Notes under the pieces: generated by a model
Databases searched by the model: none
The model's input: only the letters and a program-made list of their open reading frames with translations
Told to the model about the DNA's origin: nothing
Assembly: GCA_964447495.1 (NCBI GenBank)
Contig: CAYUTF010000013.1
Span: forward strand, 43,202-58,368
DNA: 15,167 nt
Origin: an uncultured archaeon
GTDB lineage: Archaea; Asgardarchaeota; Lokiarchaeia; Sigyniarchaeales; SOKP01
Direction: 5' to 3'
In this document: piece by piece, positions 1 to 6,891 of the stretch
Numbering within the stretch: position 1 is the stretch's first letter
Layout of the letters: every line of letters begins with the position of its first letter
Position numbers and translations under genes: made by a program

Positions 1-228
1 TTTTTGTAGAAAATTGGTCCTAATGGATTTATATTTAGTTTTGGATTATCAATATTTAATTTATCGATTTCATGCTTATCAAGGGATAGAACAGCGAAAT
101 CTATTTCTATAATGTAAAGAGAAATAGATAAATGATCTTTTTTATCTTTTTCTCTTTACTATCCTAATAAAATATTACTTCTTATTATTACTTCTTTGCA
201 TTAATTTAAGAATGTTCAATCTAATTAT

Positions 229-807
229 TTATTGCTTTTTTCTCAAATAGTACCCCTTATCTATGATATTAATGGCTACTTTATCTATGGCTTGCAAATC
301 CGAAAGGTCTTCATTCTCTAAAACATATTTTCCAATAGCTAATATTTCATTTTGTTGATTTACTATTAGTATTTCATCATCTTTTTTTATATCTTGGGAC
401 GCTTTTGTTATCATACCATAAGATAAGTCATTTCCATAAAGAATGGACCGCTCCCCTCTTTCCTTTACAGTGATTTTTTTTTCATTTATAAGAAGCCCTC
501 TTTGTTTAAGAAATTCAAAAAATTCAAGACTAATCAAAAATTTTCCCTGCTTTATAAAACCCATATAGAGGCCTGCAGAATAGATACATTCTAAGTTTCC
601 AAAATTTTCTGTAAAATCGCGTTGTTTATGTGAGATAAGATATAGTAAAGGATAATTTTGGGTTTTCCAAATAAAATTGATGGAAATATATGTAAAAAAC
701 TCTTTATTTAAAAGATTAAGTAGATTGGGATTGAATTTTAATAACGAAGTTTGAATTATTTCTTTTTCAGCTGCATTTATTGGTCTGAACTTATTTTGTG
801 GTTTCAT
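229..807 (-). CDS. nip7: NIP7-family ribosome biogenesis protein (pre-PUA + PUA RNA-binding domain)
   Basis: FRPINAAEKEII, SAGLYMGFIK, GERSILYGNDL and terminal DKGYYLR parallel NIP7 motifs (MRPLTEEE, SLGTCFGKF, AEQSFLYGNHV, DIGEYVR). ATG at 807 (MKPQNKFRP) is preferred over the track start at 855, which would leave only 31 bp to the divergent gene. Confidence 0.8.
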   Translation of the reverse strand: MKPQNKFRPINAAEKEIIQTSLLKFNPNLLNLLNKEFFTYISINFIWKTQNYPLLYLISHKQRDFTENFGNLECIYSAGLYMGFIKQGKFLISLEFFEFLKQRGLLINEKKITVKERGERSILYGNDLSYGMITKASQDIKKDDEILIVNQQNEILAIGKYVLENEDLSDLQAIDKVAINIIDKGYYLRKKQ

Positions 808-886
808 CGCGGAACAAAATAGAAAGAAATAAGAATTTTTATTATTATTAATCATTAAAGGTATTAAAAAATAGTGTTAACTAAAA

Positions 887-1606
887 ATGGGAATTCGTAA
901 GATTGAAGATGAGATCGATTTAAGAGAAGCAATGAAAAAGAAAGCAACAGAACTAAAGATAAAAGATATTCAAGCTAAAGCGGCCACAGAAAATTTCACA
1001 AAGGATAAGTTAAACGAACTAGCAAAGAAGCATGGTGTGATTTTAGCTTTAACTCCTGAACTTAAAGAAGAGGTAAAATTATTACAAAAAAAATATAATA
1101 TCCCTTCTTCTAAAATCATAACTGAACAAATAACTGAAAATGATGTATTAATCAAATTTTCAAAAATTGATCATGAAAAACTGGGAATGCTAGCTTATCA
1201 ACGAGTTTTAATGCAAAAAGAAGAGATTGGGGTTGGATTACTTCCCTTAACTGAAGTCTATGATTTAGTGAATACGGGTATTTTAAGAGGAATATTGGAA
1301 ATTAAAGATTTACACAAAGCATTAAAAATATTAAAGAAGTCACATGTTATTGATGATCTTAAGGAATTAGAATCAGGGGTAATTATGGTGAGATTCTTTC
1401 CTGTTCAATATACGGGAGATCAAGTCAAAGTCATTGGTGTAGCGAAAGATAAAGGATTTATTGCACTGGAAGATGTATGTGTTGCACTTAATTGGTCCCA
1501 AGATCGAGCATTAGAAACATTGAAATCCTTAGAGGAAACGGGAGTTGCTAAATTTCGAGAATCATTACTAAAAGGAAAACAATGGTATTTTCCCTCAATT
1601 AATTAA
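887..1606 (+). CDS. vps22: ESCRT-II subunit Vps22/SNF8-like (EAP30 domain, tandem winged helix)
   Basis: LNELAKKHG..PELKEEV resembles SNF8 LEEFASKHK..PEFRVQF. Also a C-terminal winged helix (LNWSQDRALETLKSLEETG), terminal WYFPS like SNF8 WFP, and adjacency to vps25/vps4/ESCRT-III. Confidence 0.8.
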   Translation: MGIRKIEDEIDLREAMKKKATELKIKDIQAKAATENFTKDKLNELAKKHGVILALTPELKEEVKLLQKKYNIPSSKIITEQITENDVLIKFSKIDHEKLGMLAYQRVLMQKEEIGVGLLPLTEVYDLVNTGILRGILEIKDLHKALKILKKSHVIDDLKELESGVIMVRFFPVQYTGDQVKVIGVAKDKGFIALEDVCVALNWSQDRALETLKSLEETGVAKFRESLLKGKQWYFPSIN

Positions 1607-1608
1607 TT

Positions 1609-2514
1609 TTATTCTACGTTTATTTTAAATGATATCTGTCCATCTTCTAATTTGATTATTTTTCCCTTGTCGTTTTTCTCAAGCATTTTAAATATCTTTA
1701 GAATATCTTCTTTAGGCAGATTACTAAATTCTTTATTTGACTCTCTTATCTCAAAAATAAGAATTGGCTCTAAAGGGGAGATCTCCATTGCCCATTCATA
1801 TATTTCTTCAGCCCAATTGTCAAGTGATTTCCAATAAACCCTTAATTTCTCTTTACTTTTTGATAACCATTCCGCTTGCTGTTTTTGAACTAATTCTTCG
1901 GCAATTTCTTTTAATGATTCTGTCCGATCTTCAAAATTGGAAAATGGTTTTTCAGATTCGAGTTTTCGTAAATATAAGATATGTAATATCGCATATCTCG
2001 CATAATCAAAAAGAATTTTGGACCACTCACTCTTCCAAGATTCGAAATCCTTCAAATCTTTTTTTTTGTTTGGCAAGCTATACATAAATACATATCGTTT
2101 CTCTTCTAACCATGGATAATCATTTACTAAAAGTTCATAGGAAGAAACTTCTTTTGCTACTACTCCTTTTTCTCCAACAATCTCACGTTCAATTAATTGA
2201 AGTTCCTTTTCGACTTCTTCTGCGTTTTGTTGATATGCGTTTATATCTACTTCTCCAAGTTTGGAAGTCAAAAAATCCTCGATCTTATCTAATCTCGCTT
2301 CTATGTCTTCACTTTTAAAAGTAGAAATTTCACCATCTTCCACATTCTCTTCCGAATCATTTTCTGGTTCATTTGTATTAATTCGCTCCAATTCTTTTTG
2401 TTTCTTTAATTCTTTTAGTCTTGCTAGCTCTTTTTTTAATTCCTCTAATTCTTTCTCAGATTTCTCCTTTTCCTCTTTAACGAGTTCCTCTGGCTTTTCT
2501 CTTTGGCGCTCCAT
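1609..2514 (-). CDS. vps25: ESCRT-II subunit Vps25-like with ~125-aa acidic coiled-coil N-terminal extension
   Basis: C-terminal ~170 aa match Vps25 motifs: YPW..FMYSLP (WPW..FFTLQP), WKSEWSKILFDY, VYWKSLDNWAEEIYEWA (IMWRRPEEWGKLIYQWV) and EFSNLPKEDILKIFKMLEK (EFHGLDEATLLRALQAL). Confidence 0.82.
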   Translation of the reverse strand: MERQREKPEELVKEEKEKSEKELEELKKELARLKELKKQKELERINTNEPENDSEENVEDGEISTFKSEDIEARLDKIEDFLTSKLGEVDINAYQQNAEEVEKELQLIEREIVGEKGVVAKEVSSYELLVNDYPWLEEKRYVFMYSLPNKKKDLKDFESWKSEWSKILFDYARYAILHILYLRKLESEKPFSNFEDRTESLKEIAEELVQKQQAEWLSKSKEKLRVYWKSLDNWAEEIYEWAMEISPLEPILIFEIRESNKEFSNLPKEDILKIFKMLEKNDKGKIIKLEDGQISFKINVE

Positions 2515-2537
2515 TAATTCTCATCAATTATTATTTA

Positions 2538-3755
2538 TTAGTACTCTCCATATTCTGCTGCCCAATCTTGATATTTCCTCAATTCAGAACCAGTTGTCAT
2601 TGGTTTTACTTTTTTAAGAGTTTTAATAAAATCTTTTAAAGTTATATCCCGAACTACAACCTCCTTTTCTGAATTTTCAAGTAAACCCCCCATATCTAAT
2701 TCTCTTATGGGGATCATTATTACTTCTCTACATACATTTGCGATATCTCTTCCTGAGTAACCATCAGCTCGAACAGCTAGTTCTATATAATCCTCATCAG
2801 TCAAATCCGAATTAATTCCAGCAGTATGTATTTTAAAAATACCAATTCTTGCTGGCATATCAGGAAGAGGAACATACACTTTTTTTTCAAAACGGCTAAG
2901 CATGGCAGTATCAATATCCCATGGTCGATTTGTTGCTCCTAATACCAATAAAGGTTTGTCATATGTTGATTTCATCCCTTGAATTTCACTTAACAATTGC
3001 GTTTTAACTCGTCTCTCGCCGCCACCTTCATGACCTTCTCCTCTTCTTGTTGCAACAGAGTCAATTTCATCCATAAAAATTAAACTAGGCGCTTTTATTC
3101 GAGCAACTTTAAATAAGGAACTAATTAATTTTTCACTTTCCCCTAACCATTTGCTTAATAAATCTGCGGATGAGACACTAAAGAAAGTAGCTTTACATTC
3201 GGTTGCTGCTGCTTTTGCTAATAAAGTTTTCCCACATCCTGGAGGACCGAATAATAATATTCCCGACCAAGGTTTTCTTGCACCAGTAAATAGTTCTGGT
3301 TTCATAATAGGTAATACAATAGCTTCTCTTAAAGATTGTTTGCAATCCTCTAAACCAGCAATATCCAACCATTTTACATTAGGGGATTCTGTTAAAATAG
3401 TACCAGATATTGAATCTATTATTTCCTGCTCTTCAGAAGAATATAAACTTGGCTCATCCTTAGATTCACTGCTTTTAGAATCGCTTGGACTAGGTTTAGA
3501 GCTTATTCTTCTTGCTCGTGGACCACTTAAATGCTCCTTTAATGCTTGTGCCCGACTCACATATTGCTCAATTTGCTCTTGACATCGTTTAATCATAATA
3601 GGATTCTTGTTATATTTAACAAATTGAATAAGAATTTCAGCAGCTCTTTGATATTTATTTATAGCTTGACGATAATGTCCTTTTTCGTCTAAGGAAACTG
3701 CAGACTGAGCTTCTTGAACCGCGTACTGATAAAGTTTGCTATCAACACTTGACAT
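2538..3755 (-). CDS. vps4: Vps4 AAA+ ATPase with N-terminal MIT domain
   Basis: MIT three-helix region (AQSAVSLDEKGHYRQAINKYQRAAEIL..YVSRAQAL), VKWLDIAGL, Walker A GPPGCGKT, pore loop SKWLGESEK, Walker B IFMDEID, GATNRPW and C-terminal helix YQDWAAEYG. Confidence 0.95.
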   Translation of the reverse strand: MSSVDSKLYQYAVQEAQSAVSLDEKGHYRQAINKYQRAAEILIQFVKYNKNPIMIKRCQEQIEQYVSRAQALKEHLSGPRARRISSKPSPSDSKSSESKDEPSLYSSEEQEIIDSISGTILTESPNVKWLDIAGLEDCKQSLREAIVLPIMKPELFTGARKPWSGILLFGPPGCGKTLLAKAAATECKATFFSVSSADLLSKWLGESEKLISSLFKVARIKAPSLIFMDEIDSVATRRGEGHEGGGERRVKTQLLSEIQGMKSTYDKPLLVLGATNRPWDIDTAMLSRFEKKVYVPLPDMPARIGIFKIHTAGINSDLTDEDYIELAVRADGYSGRDIANVCREVIMIPIRELDMGGLLENSEKEVVVRDITLKDFIKTLKKVKPMTTGSELRKYQDWAAEYGEY

Positions 3756-3917
3756 CGTAAATGACCTTCAAAATTAGTTATTTATTTTATAAAATTCTTA
3801 CTATTTATAGATAATCTAGTTCGATATTTGTTTTTATATATATATCTAAATATATCAAATTTTCTTTTGTTTAATTCACAGTAATAATTGGTCTACAAAA
3901 AATTATATAATTGCGAA

Positions 3918-3938
3918 TTTTTATATAATATATAAAAA
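3918..3938 (+). promoter_or_regulatory. Candidate TATA element of the ESCRT-III gene within a perfect AT palindrome
   Basis: TTTTTATATA-A-TATATAAAAA (10-bp arms) ends 23 nt before ATG 3962, a spacing compatible with a nearly leaderless archaeal transcript. Low complexity weakens the call. Confidence 0.4.
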
Positions 3939-3961
3939 CTACTAAAATTTGATGTTTTGAT

Positions 3962-4588
3962 ATGGGTTTTCTTAAGGATATGAGTAAATGGCTCTCTGGT
4001 GGCAAAAAGAAAGATACTGTCCGTTCTGCAACTGTAAAATTGAAAGTATTTAACAAACGATTAATGAGACAAACTAAGAAAATGGAAATGACTGGTAAAC
4101 TTGCTCGCGATAAAGCTGTGAATTTACGAAAGAATGGTGACTTGGATGGCTCTGCTTTCCATGCCAGGAATTATCTTCAAGTAAAAAAACAAGCGAGGGC
4201 GATAGAAATGTTTCGAACGAATTTAGAAGGAATGGTCTTTAAATTAGAACAAGCTACAGCGGTAAAAGATGTTGCTGACGTCATGCAAGGAATTGCGGCC
4301 AGTTTAAGCGCTCTAAAAAGTCAATTATCCATTCCACAACTAACTGATCTCATGGATAATATCGGAATCGATATGGAAGACTTTGATCTTACCCAAGAAA
4401 TCACTTCAGATGGTATCAGCGATATCCAAATGGATTCTGCAGTCACGGATGCTCAAGTTAAGGAAGTATTAGGTGAAATCGATGCAGAGATAGGTGCAGA
4501 GATAGGCGGCGCACTTCCTACGGTGGATCCTGACGGTAAAGTGAAAGAGCTTGAAGAAGAATTAAATAAATTGAAATCAAGAGATTAG
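3962..4588 (+). CDS. ESCRT-III (Snf7-fold) protein, Vps2/24/46 (CHMP1-3) class
   Basis: N-terminal amphipathic helix MGFLKDMSKWLSGG, basic helical hairpin with GDLDGSAFHARNYL (like the CHMP1 A-x-I-HAENAI segment), acidic C-terminal half and terminal MIM1-like helix ELEEELNKLKSRD. Confidence 0.9.
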   Translation: MGFLKDMSKWLSGGKKKDTVRSATVKLKVFNKRLMRQTKKMEMTGKLARDKAVNLRKNGDLDGSAFHARNYLQVKKQARAIEMFRTNLEGMVFKLEQATAVKDVADVMQGIAASLSALKSQLSIPQLTDLMDNIGIDMEDFDLTQEITSDGISDIQMDSAVTDAQVKEVLGEIDAEIGAEIGGALPTVDPDGKVKELEEELNKLKSRD

Positions 4589-4778
4589 ACTTTATTTTTT
4601 TAGATTTTTCTTGAATTTTTAATTTCATTTCAATAAACAAGATTATTTACGATTTTACACCCTTTTTAATTTATTGATATCGAGAGATTAAACTTATCTT
4701 TTTAGAGGTCTCTTTTTTATAACACTTAATATTATTTTAATAGTTCAATATTTTCATATGTTAAACTAAAAAAATGCT

Positions 4779-4851
4779 GATTTGGTTAAGTTTGGCTAAC
4801 TTATATGGATATTATATCCTATTTTTTTTTCCATTTTATCCATTCCAAATC
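4779..4851 (-). other. Three-helix-junction element in the 3' UTR of the peroxiredoxin-like gene (candidate non-canonical SECIS or RNA-stability element)
   Basis: Perfect pairings 4779-4785/4845-4851 (7 bp), 4787-4792/4798-4803 (6 bp) and 4805-4811/4837-4843 (7 bp), joined by single nucleotides. A T7 tract follows on the minus strand at 4768-4774. Confidence 0.45.
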
Positions 4852-4855
4852 GTTA

Positions 4856-5335
4856 TTAATTTATTTTTTTTAACTCGTTCAAAATTTCCTCATTTCCGGG
4901 TATATCTTTCATACTATCGCTGTAATAAGCATATTGTATGATTCCTTGCTTGTCAATGATTAATAGTCCTGGCATCCTTCCTCCTTTCCACATTTTTACT
5001 TGTTGTTTCAGAAGTTTTGGTATTATTTTTGATTCGTCATAAAATATGGCATATTTCCGTGCGTATTTTTGCTCCATTTTCTGAGCATTTTTTTCATTAT
5101 CGGCTAAAATTGGATATAAGAATCCATCTAAAGCTTCAAATTTTTCAAAATCTCGTCGTAATTCTGCCGCATGCCATCGACAATATGGTCAATGAATATC
5201 CCTAAATAAAATTATAATAACTTTTTTGGTGTTTTCAAATTCTCTGATATTTACGGTTTTCCCTCTCGAATTTGGTAGTTCAAACTCAGCTATTTTCGTA
5301 CCCACTAACTGAAATTTATCTTTAATGATGTTCAC
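4856..5335 (-). CDS. Peroxiredoxin-like (AhpC/TSA, thioredoxin fold) probable selenoprotein, UxxC motif, 159 aa
   Basis: Manual extension upstream of the 73-aa track ORF gives GTG(5335)-NIIKDKFQLVGTKIAEFELPNSRGKTVNIREFENTKKVIIILFRDIH-TGA(5189-5191)-PYCRWHAAELRRDFEKFEALDGFLYPILADNEKNAQK-MEQKY...PGLLIIDKQGIIQYAY. The single TGA sits at the first Cys position of a CxxC motif. The start codon is uncertain because there is no in-frame ATG upstream of the TGA. Confidence 0.85.
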
Positions 5336-5533
5336 TTTAAATTTGTTGTTGCTTAAAAAACAAGACGATCTTCGAATATAAATAATTAAGGTCTATAATC
5401 CAAAAATTCTTACTGTTCCTTATTTTAGATTTTCCGACAATTTTTTTTAATTGTCATATTTCTTTCTACATAAAATTATTATATCCTAAACTCCATTTTT
5501 AATTTATTCGATAAATGTTAAAATTAAATATTA

Positions 5534-6556
5534 GTGGTGGAATTGAATCCAGAATTAATTACTATTGGTAGTTGTACCCTTGATTGTATAATTCAAGTTA
5601 AAGATATTCTTAGATTTGAATTATTTGATAAAGATATAGTTAAAAAATATACAGCAATCGAATACAGTCGAAAATTAAACGTAGAAAATATTATATTCGT
5701 TCCGGGTGGTTCTGGGGCAAATATCGCTGCGAATTGTGCTATGCTTGGGATACGATCAACATATATTGGTGTGATAGGAAAAGATTTTTCTGCTCAAATT
5801 TGTTTGGATGATTTAAAAAAAAGAGGTGTCGATATATCGCACATCACACAAACGAATGAGGATAATACCGCATTTTCAGTTATACTTAAGACAGAGTGGG
5901 GAAAAGATAGGAGTATATTAGCCTATAAAGGCGCAAATAATTTAATTACTCCAGAGCATGTGAAAGAAGAACTCTTTAGCCATATTAAAGCATTTGCATG
6001 GAGTTCACTTACATCAGAAAATGGGTGTAAAGCAATTGAAAAAGCGATAACACTTACAAAGAATAATAATGGACTGGTCTTTGCCGCGCCTAGTATGTCA
6101 ATTATTAAAAATAATCCTAAATGGGCGAAAATTCTCATCGCTAACTCTGACGTTGTTTCTATGAATGCAGAAGAGGCGATAGAGTTTACTAAAGAGCCCG
6201 AACGATATTATGCCGTTAAAAAAATATTTGATTTAGGTCCTAGATTAGTCTCAATTACCGACGGGGCAAGTGGCTCCATATTTACCGATGGAAATAAGGT
6301 TGTCAAAAGCGGTATTTACTCTGTTGATGTAAAGGACACAACTGGGGCAGGAGATGCTTTTCTAAGTGGCATTTTACTTTCTAAATTGAAAGGTTATCCC
6401 TTAGAAAAAACAACCCAAATAGCAACCGCGCTTTCTTCATTGGAATCTATGGAAGTTGGCGTAAGAGAAGGTATGCCAAAGGGACTAAATGAATTAGAGA
6501 AATTTACTGAAACTCATAAATTAAAGCAGATGGTTTCAGAGTTTTCTCAATTTTAA
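5534..6556 (+). CDS. PfkB/ribokinase-family carbohydrate kinase
   Basis: PGGSGANIA, YIGVIGKD, NAEEA and the C-terminal signature DTTGAGDAF; GTG start. Confidence 0.93.
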   Translation: MVELNPELITIGSCTLDCIIQVKDILRFELFDKDIVKKYTAIEYSRKLNVENIIFVPGGSGANIAANCAMLGIRSTYIGVIGKDFSAQICLDDLKKRGVDISHITQTNEDNTAFSVILKTEWGKDRSILAYKGANNLITPEHVKEELFSHIKAFAWSSLTSENGCKAIEKAITLTKNNNGLVFAAPSMSIIKNNPKWAKILIANSDVVSMNAEEAIEFTKEPERYYAVKKIFDLGPRLVSITDGASGSIFTDGNKVVKSGIYSVDVKDTTGAGDAFLSGILLSKLKGYPLEKTTQIATALSSLESMEVGVREGMPKGLNELEKFTETHKLKQMVSEFSQF

Positions 6557-6657
6557 TATTGAAATGAAATTTTTACTATAACGTTTAATTTATCATATAT
6601 CAAATCATTAAGTTTTAATTTTTTATTATATATTATGATACATAGTTGTATTTTTTT

Positions 6658-6729
6658 GCGCTGCTAGTATAGTGGTCAGTATGCCAGGTTGCCAACTTGG
6701 CGACCCGGGTTCAATCCCCGGGCGGCGCA
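6658..6729 (+). tRNA. tRNA-Gly(GCC), intronless, CCA not encoded
   Basis: Cloverleaf: acceptor GCGCTGC/GCGGCGC with discriminator A, anticodon stem CCAGG/CTTGG with loop TTGCCAA (GCC at 6691-6693), T arm CCGGG-TTCAATC-CCCGG. Confidence 0.97.
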
Positions 6730-6857
6730 TCCTACATTTTTATTAAAGAACATTTAGATTTCCAAAATGTATGATTTATTTACTTGATAAAGAATCTTTT
6801 ATTAAAAAAAAAAATAATAAATTATAATAATAAAATTAACTATAAATTCATGAATAG

Positions 6858-6878
6858 ATACTTAAAGAGCTTAAGTAT
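6858..6878. promoter_or_regulatory. Inverted repeat, candidate transcription-factor operator upstream of the 7TM-longin gene
   Basis: ATACTTAA-AGAGC-TTAAGTAT, perfect 8-bp arms, ending 13 nt before ATG 6892. Confidence 0.35.
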
Positions 6879-6891
6879 AAAGTTATAAGCC

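Noticed and set aside
1-228. Possible partial CDS at the left edge (open + frame 2..112; open - frame of about 50 codons)
   Set aside because: No recognisable motif, the minus frame has no start codon after its upstream stops, and the strand cannot be decided.
970-4056. Track ORFs 970-1155, 1652-1837, 1764-2087, 2112-2318, 2261-2617, 3151-3582 and 3871-4056
   Set aside because: Antisense shadows of well-supported ESCRT genes; their S/F/L-rich composition reflects reversed E/K codons.
4682-4718. Imperfect hairpin GAGAGATT..GGTCTCTT plus T tract downstream of ESCRT-III
   Set aside because: It has a large loop and G-U pairs, and T tracts directly after the stop (4591-4620) already suffice as an archaeal terminator.
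4589-4855. Canonical eukaryote-like SECIS (AUGA..AA..GA) in the Prx 3' region
   Set aside because: The minus-strand AUGA motifs near 4754-4757 and 4625-4628 lack a convincing upper stem with an opposing GA and lie beyond the first U tract. Not supported by eye; a covariance search is needed.
5145-5188. Bacterial-type SECIS hairpin just after the UGA
   Set aside because: Only weak 4-bp pairings (CCAU/AUGG, GUCG/CGAC), not distinguishable from chance.
4856-5335. Pseudogene interpretation of the Prx-like gene, and track ORF 5017-5205(+)
   Set aside because: The only lesion is a TGA exactly at the catalytic Cys position, with intact motifs on both sides, which favours Sec. The + ORF is its antisense shadow.
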